Notes: generated by a model not told the origin, from the letters alone. DNA of 64,000 nucleotides from Deltaproteobacteria bacterium (GCA_016931115.1 JAFGFM010000144.1:68008-132007), one strand, 5' to 3'. Positions 1 to 9,457 are shown, counted from the first letter of the stretch. Numbers and translations: made by a program.

Positions 1-2
1 AG

Positions 3-749
3 ATAAAGATAGGTCCGGACGGGAAATCCATTGCTGAAAATGATATCAAATGGGTTATGAACCCCTATGATGAATACGGGGTTGAAGAGGCACTGAGATT
101 AAAGGAAAAATTTGGAGGAGAGGTCACTGTAATAGGCCTTGGCCCCAAGAGGGTGGCGGAATCTATCCGTACGGCCCTTGCCATGGGCGCTGATAAGGGC
201 ATCCTGATTACAGACCCTGCGCTTGATGGAAGTGATTCCCTCGCCGTAGCAAAGGCGCTTGCCGCTGCAATTAAGACCGTAAGCTATGATATTATTTTTG
301 CAGGTCAGAGAGGCGTTGATGATGACAGTGGTCTTGTGGGCGCAGCCATTGCGGAATACCTGGATATCCCCCAGATATCAATAATAACAAAGCTTGAAGT
401 ATCTGAAGATGGAAAAACAGTTAAGGCAAACAGGCCTGTAGAGGGTGAAACCCATGTTGTTGAGGCAAACACACCTGTCCTCTTAACCACACAGAAGGGT
501 CTTAATGAACCCAGGTACGCATCCCTTCCAGGCATTATGAAGGCAAAGAAGAAACCTCTTGATGAAAAGACCCTTGAATCCCTTGGGCTAAATGCAGCGG
601 AATTCGGCAAGGATGCCAGAAAGTTGAAGATAGTGGCGCTTACACCGCCCCCCCAGAGGGCTGCCGGTAAGATTATTGATGGGGATTCACCCCAGACCAA
701 GGCCGCACAGCTTGCGAAACTGTTACATGAAGAGGCAAAGGTTATCTAG
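3..749 (+). CDS. etfB: Electron transfer flavoprotein beta subunit (EtfB), 5'-truncated by the window edge
   Basis: The frame stays open from nt 3 with no stop before the first Met at 57 (IKIGPDGKSIAENDIKWVMNPYDEYGVEEALRLKE...). This is a typical EtfB core, and etfA follows 54 nt downstream. Confidence 0.9.
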   Translation: MKIGPDGKSIAENDIKWVMNPYDEYGVEEALRLKEKFGGEVTVIGLGPKRVAESIRTALAMGADKGILITDPALDGSDSLAVAKALAAAIKTVSYDIIFAGQRGVDDDSGLVGAAIAEYLDIPQISIITKLEVSEDGKTVKANRPVEGETHVVEANTPVLLTTQKGLNEPRYASLPGIMKAKKKPLDEKTLESLGLNAAEFGKDARKLKIVALTPPPQRAAGKIIDGDSPQTKAAQLAKLLHEEAKVI

Positions 750-803
750 TTAACGTGCCGGGTACCATACTAAAAAGGATATTATAAAGAAGGAGATATA
801 AAT

Positions 804-1787
804 ATGGCTCAAGGAGTTATGATCATCGCTGAACAGAGAGATGGAGACATAAGAAAGATATCATATGAACTCACAAGTGAAGGTAAAAGGCTTGCTGATG
901 CCTCCGGTCAGGAACTGACAGCGGTTTTATTAGGTTCAAATATCAAGGACAAGGCCGCATTGTTTGGAAAATACGGCGCAAAGAAGGTGATTGTGGCTGA
1001 TGACCCAAGGCTTGCAAAATATACAACAGATGCATATGCATCAGTAATCGCCCAGATCGTTAAGGCCGCTGGCCCTGCGATACTTCTGCTTGGCGCATCC
1101 TCACAGGGTAAAGACCTGGCCGGCCGCCTTGCGGCAAAACTTGGCGTAGGCATGGCACAGGACTGCACGAAGTTTGCAGTGGAAGGCGGAAAGCTTGTTG
1201 CAACAAGACCTATCTATGCAGGCAAGGCATATGCCCAGGTAAGCTATGATGATAGCTATCCGAACATGGCGACAGCAAGGCCAAATGTCATGGCAATAAT
1301 TCCACCAAATGATGCGCTTACCGCAGAGGTTGTTGATGCTGCATTTACTTTAGATGACAGCGCAATCAAGACAAAGGTGGTTGATGCTATCAAGGATGAA
1401 AGCGGAAAGGTGGACCTCACCGAGGCCGACAAGATTGTTTCGGGCGGACGCGGCATGAAGGGGCCTGAAGGCTTTGATGTGCTTGAAAAACTGGCCGATG
1501 CTATCAGGGCATCTGTTGGCGCATCACGTTCAGCAGTCGACGCAGGCTGGAGGACCCAGAATGATCAGGTAGGCCAGACAGGAAAGGTTGTTTCTCCTAA
1601 CCTGTACATTGCCTGCGGTATCTCAGGGGCAATCCAGCACCTGGCAGGCATGTCAACATCAAAATATGTTGTTGCCATTAACAAAGACCCTGAGGCACCT
1701 ATTTTCCAGAAGGCGGATTATGGGATTGTGGATGACCTGTTTAATGTGGTTCCAGCGTTAACAGAAGAGATCAAAAAGGTGATATAG
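804..1787 (+). CDS. etfA: Electron transfer flavoprotein alpha subunit (EtfA)
   Basis: 327-aa ORF with an AAGGAG RBS 8 nt upstream. C-terminal FAD-binding region ...[21 protein letters not shown]...[10 protein letters not shown]. Paired with etfB. Confidence 0.93.
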   Translation: MAQGVMIIAEQRDGDIRKISYELTSEGKRLADASGQELTAVLLGSNIKDKAALFGKYGAKKVIVADDPRLAKYTTDAYASVIAQIVKAAGPAILLLGASSQGKDLAGRLAAKLGVGMAQDCTKFAVEGGKLVATRPIYAGKAYAQVSYDDSYPNMATARPNVMAIIPPNDALTAEVVDAAFTLDDSAIKTKVVDAIKDESGKVDLTEADKIVSGGRGMKGPEGFDVLEKLADAIRASVGASRSAVDAGWRTQNDQVGQTGKVVSPNLYIACGISGAIQHLAGMSTSKYVVAINKDPEAPIFQKADYGIVDDLFNVVPALTEEIKKVI

Positions 1788-1801
1788 TAAATTATATAAA
1801 A

Positions 1802-1830
1802 CCGGGGAATATTATCTCCCCGGTTTTTTT
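1802..1830 (+). terminator. Rho-independent terminator after etfA
   Basis: Stem ccgggga / tccccgg with an 8-nt loop, followed by a T7 run (1824-1830). Confidence 0.75.
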
Positions 1831-1832
1831 GT

Positions 1833-1860
1833 TTGACAAAAGAAAAGATTTGGATAAATT
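1833..1860 (+). promoter_or_regulatory. Candidate sigma70 promoter for tRNA-Met
   Basis: TTGACA (1833-1838), 16-nt spacer, TAAATT (1855-1860). The tRNA starts 13 nt downstream. Confidence 0.4.
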
Positions 1861-1872
1861 AGGCAGTTCATT

Positions 1873-1946
1873 GGCGATGTAGCTCAGATGGTCAGAGCAT
1901 ACGGCTCATATCCGTAGGGTCACTGGTTCAACTCCAGTCATCGCCA
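1873..1946 (+). tRNA. tRNA-Met (anticodon CAT), elongator type; a lysidine-modified tRNA-Ile2 cannot be excluded
   Basis: Cloverleaf read by hand. Acceptor GGCGATG/CATCGCC, D-arm AGCTCAGATGGTCAGAGC, anticodon stem TACGG/CCGTA with loop CTCATAT, T-arm ACTGG-TTCAACT-CCAGT, discriminator A. No encoded CCA. Confidence 0.9.
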
Positions 1947-2026
1947 CTAAAAAGTCAAAAGGTGTTGACAATCTTGAAATCCGGTTTATTTTTTTAAATC
2001 GGAATTAAATATATCAAGAGAATTTC

Positions 2027-2557
2027 GTGATGACCTATTTGGCATTTAAGGATGATAATATCGATACTATCAGCGAGGCGCTTTTTATAGCTGAGGACAA
2101 GATCGGTGATTATTACAAGTTTTCGTCTGAACAATGGAAGAGATTTCAGTACGATGTAAAAACGCTGGCATCACTTGATGAAAATGAAATAACCTCCTTT
2201 GCATTTGCCCTTTTGAATAAAGGCACAAGGGCCATAAAAGGTTTTGATTCAAGCACAAAAAAACGTGATTTTTATTTTATATGCCTCCAGGATCATCTTA
2301 TATTAAATGCCCTTCAAAGAGATAAAGAGCTGACTTTGCTGCCACTCCTTGTTTATATATTTACTCATGAGCTGGTGCATATTGTCAGGTTCTGTAATTT
2401 TTTTCAGAGGTATGAGGTCTCAGGAAAAACCAGGGAGGAAGAAGAAGCTCTTGTGCATGATACCACATTTAAAATCCTTAAAAGGATTGCCCTGAAAAAC
2501 ATGGATTATATACTTGATTCATACAAACACCACAGACCATGTGAACTGGCTGTGTAA
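2027..2557 (+). CDS. Hypothetical protein with an HExxH motif (FTHELVHIV)
   Basis: 176-aa ORF in a co-directional gene string. I recognise no family; the only motif is HELVH, a possible metallopeptidase-like site. Confidence 0.55.
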   Translation: MMTYLAFKDDNIDTISEALFIAEDKIGDYYKFSSEQWKRFQYDVKTLASLDENEITSFAFALLNKGTRAIKGFDSSTKKRDFYFICLQDHLILNALQRDKELTLLPLLVYIFTHELVHIVRFCNFFQRYEVSGKTREEEEALVHDTTFKILKRIALKNMDYILDSYKHHRPCELAV

Positions 2558-2582
2558 TTTTTATGAGAGAGGTGAATTAAAA

Positions 2583-2912
2583 ATGCCTTTTTACGAATAT
2601 GAATGTACAAAATGTCATCATCATACTGAAGTTTTACAAAAGATATCTGATCCGCCAATCACAAAGTGTGAGAAATGCAAAGGCAAAATGAAAAAACTGA
2701 TATCCCACAGCACTTTTCATTTAAAGGGGTCAGGGTGGTATGTAACTGATTATGCTTCAAAATCAGGAGGGTATGACGGCAAGTCCGGCGCGGGTGATCC
2801 TGCTGCCAGCAATGGCAACAGTACTGAACCCGCTAAAGAAGCAAAAAGCAGCAGCACTGATGCTGCCCCCAAAAAGGCAGAGGCAAAAAGTGCAAAGACA
2901 AAGGATGAATAA
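2583..2912 (+). CDS. FmdB-family zinc-ribbon protein
   Basis: MPFYEYECTKCHHHTEVLQKISDPPITKCEKCKG is the canonical FmdB CxxC...CxxC N-terminus, followed by a low-complexity tail. Start moved to the ATG at 2583 (GAGAGG RBS upstream) from the ORF-track start at 2514. Confidence 0.85.
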   Translation: MPFYEYECTKCHHHTEVLQKISDPPITKCEKCKGKMKKLISHSTFHLKGSGWYVTDYASKSGGYDGKSGAGDPAASNGNSTEPAKEAKSSSTDAAPKKAEAKSAKTKDE

Positions 2913-2959
2913 CCTGCGTGAATTTATAACGGCCCAGTGCCCCTTAAAAAACAGGAAAT

Positions 2960-3520
2960 ATGAAACATCTAAATACAGATAAAGAACAGAATAAACTGAT
3001 AAAAAGGCTTGAGCAGCAGGAAAAAAAGCAGTCCATTCAGAGGGACAGGTTTCTCAAATACAAGATGAATGAGATCCATTCCAGCCTGACACAGGAACTT
3101 CTGATGCAGAAGGTTGTTGAAACAGATAATGCAGGGGCCTTTTCAGAGCTAATACTTAAGGGTTTGAAAAAGCTCCAGAAGACAAGCGAGTTTGATTACA
3201 AGTATTTTATCGCCCCCATAAGGGGCCTGATTCCCCGATCGAACCCCATTTCATTATATATGACCCAGTTTATCCTTGAAGATGTTATGAATGACCCGTG
3301 TGTTATTGATGTCTTTGGCACAGAGGAAGAGATATACAAGGCGGTAAACAGGGTTGTTTCAAACATAAACCTCAAGTTTGAAAGGGCTGAAGAGAAGATA
3401 ATGCAGCAGCTTTCAAACAACAAATCCATTTCTCCCGGTTCAAGGGACTATGACATTGCATTTGAAGAGCTCTTCCACAAAACCATGGGCGACCCACAGG
3501 GCGGAAGCATCCCTCAATAA
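2960..3520 (+). CDS. Hypothetical protein
   Basis: 186-aa ORF with no recognisable motif. Co-directional and followed by a terminator. Confidence 0.5.
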   Translation: MKHLNTDKEQNKLIKRLEQQEKKQSIQRDRFLKYKMNEIHSSLTQELLMQKVVETDNAGAFSELILKGLKKLQKTSEFDYKYFIAPIRGLIPRSNPISLYMTQFILEDVMNDPCVIDVFGTEEEIYKAVNRVVSNINLKFERAEEKIMQQLSNNKSISPGSRDYDIAFEELFHKTMGDPQGGSIPQ

Positions 3521-3545
3521 TGTCAAAAAAATATTAGTTATCAAA

Positions 3546-3579
3546 GCAACCCCTTTGTTTGTCAGGGGGTTGCTTTTTT
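3546..3579 (+). terminator. Rho-independent terminator
   Basis: Stem gcaacccc / ggggttgc with a 12-nt loop, then TTTTTT (3574-3579). It lies between the hypothetical gene and fabD. Confidence 0.7.
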
Positions 3580-3591
3580 AAGGAGCAACCA

Positions 3592-4533
3592 ATGTATAAT
3601 AAAATCGCATTCCTGTTTCCAGGTCAGAATTCCCAGATAACAGGTATGGGCATGGATCTCTCTGATGAATACCCTGAGGTGCGTGAACTGTTCAGAGAGC
3701 TTGATGATATCTGTGAAAAACCCATGTCTAAACTCTGCTTTGAAGGGCCTAATGAGGAGCTTATCCTTACTGTCAACCAGCAGCCCGCTATTACAGCGGT
3801 TAACCTTGCTTGTCTAAAGGCACTTAACATAAAGGGGATAAAGGCCTCCATATCTGCAGGCCACAGTCTTGGTGAGTTTGCAGCCCTTGTATCCGCAGGG
3901 GTGCTTACAGAATATGATGCCTTAAGAGTAGTGAAAAAACGCGGTGAACTCATGCACAGGGAGTCGTTAACTCATCCTGGAGTTATGGCCGCGGTTATGA
4001 AACTCCCTGTTGAAAAGGTTAGCGGGATAGTTGAAAAGGCAAAGAAGAAGGGGGTGCTTGCAGTAGCAAACCACAATTCGGCAGAGCAGATTGTTATTAC
4101 CGGTGAAGCTGCGCCCATGGAATATGCCCTCTCACTTGTCAAGGAAGAAAAGGGCAAGGCCATACCCTTAAAGGTAAGCGGTGCGTGGCACTGCGCTCTT
4201 ATGAAGGGGGCCGTGAATGAATTCAGGGAATATATGGAGGGGATCACCTTTAAAAGGCCTTCATCAACGATTCTCTTCAATGCAACCGCCAGTGTGGAGA
4301 CTGACCCGGAAAAGATAAAGGATATCATGGCAAATCAGTTAACATCCCCTGTAAGGTGGTATGATATTGTCCTCCGCATGATGGAAGAAAAGGTGGACGC
4401 CATGATTGATGTTGGCCCGCAGAAACAGATGATGGGGCTGGCCGGGAGGATAGTGCCAGAGGGGAGTAATATTAAACTATCGAGTGTTGAGGGTGTCCAG
4501 AGCCTTAATGAATTTATGAGCATGAACGTGTAA
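3592..4533 (+). CDS. fabD: Malonyl-CoA:ACP transacylase (FabD)
   Basis: MYNKIAFLFPGQNSQ N-terminus, active-site GHSLGEFAA, and the ...NHNSAEQIVITG... motif. The ATG at 3592 with an AAGGAG RBS is preferred over the track start at 3559, which overlaps the terminator. Confidence 0.92.
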   Translation: MYNKIAFLFPGQNSQITGMGMDLSDEYPEVRELFRELDDICEKPMSKLCFEGPNEELILTVNQQPAITAVNLACLKALNIKGIKASISAGHSLGEFAALVSAGVLTEYDALRVVKKRGELMHRESLTHPGVMAAVMKLPVEKVSGIVEKAKKKGVLAVANHNSAEQIVITGEAAPMEYALSLVKEEKGKAIPLKVSGAWHCALMKGAVNEFREYMEGITFKRPSSTILFNATASVETDPEKIKDIMANQLTSPVRWYDIVLRMMEEKVDAMIDVGPQKQMMGLAGRIVPEGSNIKLSSVEGVQSLNEFMSMNV

Positions 4534-4558
4534 TTTATATCTTATTGAATTTTTCTAA

Positions 4559-5299
4559 TCAATTCAGCGCCGGGAAAAAGACCCTGCATTTGATCCCCGC
4601 AGGCAGTGAATGCCCGGGATTTGCGAGTACAAGCCGCACACCGAATGTGCCGCTTGCAGCGTCTATCACAGTATCCACAACGCTTACCGTTGCCTTCAGC
4701 TCCCGTGAAACAGGGTTCTCTATCCTGATCCTGGCAGTTGAGCCCTTTTTGATCCTGCCATACTCCCCGGCAGGCATAACAACCTCCACATAAAGCGGGT
4801 CAATCCGGGCAATAGACATTATGGGTTTATCACTTACATACTCTCCCCTTGAGATAAACCTCTCAACAACAACGCCATTCACAGGGCTCTTTATATTCTT
4901 TATTTTCAGCTTTTCAAGGGCCTCTTTATACTGAAGCTCTGCGATCGTGAGTTCTGTCTCCATCTCATCCTTGTCATGAATGGAGATAAGCTGTTTTTTA
5001 TATAGGTCTTCATTCCTCTGGCATTTTCTCCTCATGAATTCGACCCTGGCAAGGGCAAGGTCCGCAGAGGCCTTTTCAATGTCAGAATTAAGAGAGGCAA
5101 TTACATCATCTGAACTGACCTTGTCACCCCGGTCAAAAAAGGCCTGTGCAAGGATGCCCTCAACCTGACTGCTCACCTTCACCAGCTCACTGGGCTCAAC
5201 AATACCGTCATAATACAGCTCCTCACCATGGACCGCATTCGAAAGGATGGCCGAAATCATTATTAATAAAAATGTGCCTTTGAGCAGGTTATGTTTCAT
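4559..5299 (-). CDS. HlyD/efflux-type periplasmic adaptor (membrane-fusion protein), small, signal-anchored
   Basis: Start at MKHNLLKGTFLLIMISAILSNAVHG (AAGGGG RBS), 13 nt after the SecA-like stop. Lipoyl-like hairpin (VSSQVEGIL...GDKV...IKSPVNGVV), coiled-coil segment and beta-barrel tail typical of MFPs. Last gene of the operon. Confidence 0.8.
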   Translation of the reverse strand: MKHNLLKGTFLLIMISAILSNAVHGEELYYDGIVEPSELVKVSSQVEGILAQAFFDRGDKVSSDDVIASLNSDIEKASADLALARVEFMRRKCQRNEDLYKKQLISIHDKDEMETELTIAELQYKEALEKLKIKNIKSPVNGVVVERFISRGEYVSDKPIMSIARIDPLYVEVVMPAGEYGRIKKGSTARIRIENPVSRELKATVSVVDTVIDAASGTFGVRLVLANPGHSLPAGIKCRVFFPALN

Positions 5300-5312
5300 T
5301 GATAAACCCCTT

Positions 5313-7316
5313 CTATTCAGAGCGCCCCGAAAATGAGAGCATATTGCCACGCCGCTCATCTTCTTTAAGCAGGTTTTTTCTCATGTCTGAATGGATATGT
5401 TCCATCCTCTTCTGTGCATACAATATGGCCTTTTTTGATAAAAAACAAAAGAGCAATGTCTTTTCAAATGGATAATTTACAGCCATCCATTTCCATAGCC
5501 CGGCTCTTCCTTTTTCAAGAAGGGTATCATCAAGGGATAACATGGCCTCAAAGCTTCCAGGGTCTCCCATACGGGCGCACCGTCCGGCAAGCTGACGGTC
5601 TATCCTGCCTGCCTCATGGCGTTCGGTAAGTATGACATGAAGGCCGTTAAGCTTACTCACTTTTTCCGAGAGCTTAATATCAACTCCGCGGCCAGCCATG
5701 TTTGTAGCAATGGTAATGCTGTATTCATTACCGGCCTGGGCAATAATATCCGCCTCTTCCCTGTCCTGTTTCGCATTCAGTATCCTGAAGGGTAAGCCCT
5801 TCGCAGCAAAATATTTCCCGGCCTTTTCCGAAGCGGCTACCGAATGTGTGCCTATAAGCACAGGCCTTCCCTCCTTATGCATGGCATAAACCCTTTCTGA
5901 AACAGCCTCCCATTTCTCCTCTTCTTTATAAAATACCCTGTCAGAAAACAATTTTCTGCTGTTAGGTTTATAGGTGGGGACGGTTATAACATTGAGCCCA
6001 TATACCTTAATAAGCTCATTTTTCACCTCACGGGCAGTGCCTGTCATCCCGGACAGCTTTATGTACCTTCTAAAAAATCTCTGATAGCTGATACGGGCAA
6101 GAACCTTTGTCTGTTTTGATATCTCACACCCCTCCTTTACCTCAATTAGCTGATGCAGCCCCTTTTCATAGGACCTGTCGGCCATCACCCTGCCGGTGAA
6201 TTCATCAATGATCTGCACCTTTCCATCGCGCACCATATACTGTTCATCAGGTTTGAAAAAATGTATTGCCGAAAGGGCAAGCCTAACGATCTCGGCCCTT
6301 CTTACCTTGCCTGTCCAAAGGGGGCCAAGTCCTGCTGATAATCTAACGATCATCTCTTCACCGCCTGGGGTCAGCCTTATCTCATGGCCAGGGATATTGA
6401 TACTGTAATCCCTGCCCTCGGTCAATTTGCCTGCCAGATCAATAGCCTGATGAAAGAATTTATGTTCATCATGGAGAGTTTCACTTTGACCTGAGATAAT
6501 GAGCGGTGTCCTTGCCTCATCGATCAAAACACTGTCTGCCTCATCTACAATAGCAAAATGAAGGCCCCTTAAAAGAAGCCTCTCTATCCGCTCACTCCCG
6601 TTATAGAGGTATTCAGCATGAAGCTTAAGCTTATTGCCCCTGTCTTCAAGGATGAGCCAGTCCTTAAGGTAGTCAAAAACTATCTCCTTGTTGGTGCAGT
6701 ATACTATATCCTTTTCGTAAGCCCTTCTTCTCTCTTCTGGCGTCATGCCATGAATGATAAATCCTGTGGTTAAACCCATTGCACTGTATATGGAAGATGT
6801 CCATTCTGCATCCCTCTGTGTCAGGTAATCGTTTACGGTTATAACATGAACAGGAATGCCTGCGAGCGCAACAGTCCCAGCTGCAAGGGTTGCGGTAAGG
6901 GTCTTCCCCTCTCCTGTCTCCATTTCAGCTATCATGCCGTCCAGCATGACTTTTCCACCTGCGATCTGTGTATCAAAGTGTTTAAGGCCCTTAATCCTTG
7001 AAGAAAACTCTCTTATAATAGCAAAGGCATGGCTGGCGTTTTTCTCTGTCATCCCCTCCCTTCTAAATATCGCCCTTAATTCATCCGCCTTTGTTCCAAG
7101 TTCTGTTTCTGTCAATCCTTCCAGGTTTGATGATAATTGTTCCACCTCTCCTGCAAATCTTTTAAGTCTGCGCCTGTAACCTTTAAAAGGTGATGAAAAG
7201 GAGATAACCAGATTTTTATATATTCTATCCAGCGCGTTTGTCCTCCTGTCAGCCTTTTCAGGCCTCAATATATGGGAGGCTGGAGGAAATTCTGTCCTGT
7301 TGAATAGCATGGTCAC
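5313..7316 (-). CDS. SecA-like ATPase (truncated SecA paralogue, 667 aa)
   Basis: SecA motor motifs. Walker A MIAEMETGEGKTLTA (ETGEGKT = nt 6900-6920). VHVITVNDYL. VDEADSVLIDEARTPLIISG (VDEAD = nt 6534-6548). LSGMTGTA. ATNMAGRGVDIKL. GLHVILTERHEAGRIDRQLAGRCARMGDPG. The GTG start overlaps the upstream stop (GTGA); an alternative ATG is at 7310. Confidence 0.85.
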   Translation of the reverse strand: MTMLFNRTEFPPASHILRPEKADRRTNALDRIYKNLVISFSSPFKGYRRRLKRFAGEVEQLSSNLEGLTETELGTKADELRAIFRREGMTEKNASHAFAIIREFSSRIKGLKHFDTQIAGGKVMLDGMIAEMETGEGKTLTATLAAGTVALAGIPVHVITVNDYLTQRDAEWTSSIYSAMGLTTGFIIHGMTPEERRRAYEKDIVYCTNKEIVFDYLKDWLILEDRGNKLKLHAEYLYNGSERIERLLLRGLHFAIVDEADSVLIDEARTPLIISGQSETLHDEHKFFHQAIDLAGKLTEGRDYSINIPGHEIRLTPGGEEMIVRLSAGLGPLWTGKVRRAEIVRLALSAIHFFKPDEQYMVRDGKVQIIDEFTGRVMADRSYEKGLHQLIEVKEGCEISKQTKVLARISYQRFFRRYIKLSGMTGTAREVKNELIKVYGLNVITVPTYKPNSRKLFSDRVFYKEEEKWEAVSERVYAMHKEGRPVLIGTHSVAASEKAGKYFAAKGLPFRILNAKQDREEADIIAQAGNEYSITIATNMAGRGVDIKLSEKVSKLNGLHVILTERHEAGRIDRQLAGRCARMGDPGSFEAMLSLDDTLLEKGRAGLWKWMAVNYPFEKTLLFCFLSKKAILYAQKRMEHIHSDMRKNLLKEDERRGNMLSFSGRSE

Positions 7317-9457
7317 ACACTGAATTTACTTAAAAATGTACGTCTTATTCCCTTGTAGATCCTTATGAAAAGAGGCTCATACCCGTGGTTGAATTTTACA
7401 AGCACCCTGGAGCCGATATTGGATATACGCGGATTCTCAATTGATATTTCAAAATGAAAAAGTTTTTCAAATGCATTAACCCTATCAGTGTCAGCAGGAT
7501 TAAGGGCATGTTCGCCTCCCCCTTCAAGAGAGAGGGCAAGACTTGGCAGTTCTGTGGATGCGGCAGGGATTTCTCTGTAAATACGGCCTGGATATGATTG
7601 CCCGGGGGTTTCCACAAGCATAGCCTCAACAGTACCGGGTTTCACCCTGATCCTGTCTATATCCCTTTGCGGCACCACTATCCTGGCAGTTACCCTGTTA
7701 AAATCCACAACATACCCTATCTGTACCCCCCTTCTTAAGTAAAGGCCAATAAGGTTTTCCTGGTCAGGAAGAAGAAATATACCCTCCGACGGACTTTTTA
7801 CTGTAAGGTTTTGGATCTGTTCAGTGATGTTTTTCAGCTCTGCGGATATCCGCCAAATCTCATCCTTTAATATCCTGGCCTCTATCCGGTCACGTGTCTC
7901 TGCAAGGTTGTGGCGCAGTTCATATTCCTTAACTATTGAATCCAGTTCTTTTTTTTGTGTTTCAAGATCCTGATTTACACATACTATAAGAGGATCGCCC
8001 GTTTTGACTTTTGAGCCTGAAGGCACGATAACCTTTTCTATGTATCCATCTGCGCCGGCATAGAGTCTTGAATTTTCAGGGGGCCACAGCACCCCCCTGG
8101 AAATCGTATGGGAGGGGAATGGGATGATAAACAGAGTTGGAATAATTACTAGAAGAGAGATTAATGCTACACTGATTGCCCTTGCCTTTTTTCGCTTCAT
8201 CACAGGATCAGAAAAGAAAAACTTTACTATTTTTACCAGGGGCATAACAATAATGCCAGCCAGACCCCAGATGGCAAGCACGACCCCTACAAAAAAGAAT
8301 CGCCCTGCAATGAATATTGCAATTCGGATTGTTATGAAAATGCGGTACGTAAAGGAACTCAGGCCGTATATCACAAACCATTTTGCCTCACCCTTTGCAG
8401 TTACGGGACTAACAACATCTTCCATATTGAGCAGGTACCGCCTGAACAGATAACCGATATAACTGGCTGAACGCATTGCAAGATTGGGTATCTCAAGAAG
8501 ATCTGACAGGATATAATAGGCATCAAACCTGAGCAGGGGATTGCCGTTAAACAGGATTGTTGAGAGCCCCGCAACAATCATGACGTTAAAGCATACTGCC
8601 CTTATAATCCCCGGCTCTACATTGACCCATAGCAGCATTGCTAAAGACGCAAGCATTAGTTCGGCGAGGATACCGCTGGCCCCCACCATTACCCTTTTGT
8701 ATTTTTCTCTGAAGGCGGATGAAGATGATGCATCAACATAGGGGACAGGCACAAATACAAGGAACATAATTCCCATGTCATGTACCTCGCCCCCAAAGTA
8801 TTTTACTGTATAGGCATGTGAAAACTCATGCACAGCCTTGATTACCGGGTAGATTATCCACAGAAGAAACATGTTTTCAAGGGCAAGAACCCTGTCAGCA
8901 AGGTTCATGGTCAGTTCCTTAAAATGAAATGTGGCAAGAGATAAAGAGAAAAGGAGCAGGATTAAATAGAAGACAAGCCCTGTTCCAGTGAAGAGGGGCC
9001 TGACAAGAAACATGCTCTTTTCAAGAAATCTTTCAGGATCAATCAGGGGCAATTTTATTGAGAGCGGTGATTTTATCCTGCTCAGGATATCATTTTTTTT
9101 AAACCCTTTATTGCGCTCATAAAGTTCCTTTATATCGGGCGGGATATCTGCCTGAAGCAGGTCAGCCTGATGAAGTTGAGATAAAAGCATTATCACCTCA
9201 TCCTGGGTAGGCATGTCATCTCCCAGCATTTCGCAGGCCGATTCCCATATCTCTTTAAGGCTGTTTTTACCATCCATCAAACCAATTATATAGTACGCCT
9301 CCTTTGAAAACCGATGAAAGCCGCCCGTGTAATTATCCTGGAGTACATGCCATTCCTCGCCCCTGTACATTTGGTGATGTACCTTTGCGTGACTTCTTAA
9401 TACTGGCCTTAATGCTGAAACCCTGTACCAGGATTCACTGAAAAGAGAGCCGGTCAA
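7313..9457 (-). CDS. Fusion protein: PqqD-like N-terminal domain + M50 (site-2-protease-like) polytopic membrane domain + C-terminal HlyD-type membrane-fusion domain
   Basis: aa ~10-100 follow a PqqD/RRE-like pattern (ALRPVLRSHAKV...WHVLQD...FHRFSKEAYYIIGLMDGKNSLKEIWE...VIMLLSQLHQADLL). HEFSH is at aa 210-214 (nt 8816-8830) inside a hydrophobic segment. NPLLRFDAYY is at aa 305-314 (within nt 8513-8545), matching the S2P NxxPxxxxDG-type second motif. About 8 hydrophobic segments. aa ~455-714 form the lipoyl/coiled-coil/beta-barrel MFP part. Confidence 0.8.
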   Translation of the reverse strand: MTGSLFSESWYRVSALRPVLRSHAKVHHQMYRGEEWHVLQDNYTGGFHRFSKEAYYIIGLMDGKNSLKEIWESACEMLGDDMPTQDEVIMLLSQLHQADLLQADIPPDIKELYERNKGFKKNDILSRIKSPLSIKLPLIDPERFLEKSMFLVRPLFTGTGLVFYLILLLFSLSLATFHFKELTMNLADRVLALENMFLLWIIYPVIKAVHEFSHAYTVKYFGGEVHDMGIMFLVFVPVPYVDASSSSAFREKYKRVMVGASGILAELMLASLAMLLWVNVEPGIIRAVCFNVMIVAGLSTILFNGNPLLRFDAYYILSDLLEIPNLAMRSASYIGYLFRRYLLNMEDVVSPVTAKGEAKWFVIYGLSSFTYRIFITIRIAIFIAGRFFFVGVVLAIWGLAGIIVMPLVKIVKFFFSDPVMKRKKARAISVALISLLVIIPTLFIIPFPSHTISRGVLWPPENSRLYAGADGYIEKVIVPSGSKVKTGDPLIVCVNQDLETQKKELDSIVKEYELRHNLAETRDRIEARILKDEIWRISAELKNITEQIQNLTVKSPSEGIFLLPDQENLIGLYLRRGVQIGYVVDFNRVTARIVVPQRDIDRIRVKPGTVEAMLVETPGQSYPGRIYREIPAASTELPSLALSLEGGGEHALNPADTDRVNAFEKLFHFEISIENPRISNIGSRVLVKFNHGYEPLFIRIYKGIRRTFLSKFSV

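Noticed and set aside
2514-2582. Longer ORF-track N-terminal extensions: 2514 for the zinc-ribbon gene, 3559 for fabD, 5359 for the small MFP and 61162 for the aminopeptidase.
   Set aside because: In each case an internal ATG with a good Shine-Dalgarno sequence coincides with the conserved family N-terminus or a signal peptide. The extensions overlap a terminator or the upstream gene.
4545-4793. An 82-aa plus-strand ORF between fabD and the small adaptor gene.
   Set aside because: It overlaps the 3' part of the well-supported minus-strand MFP gene. It has no motif or RBS.
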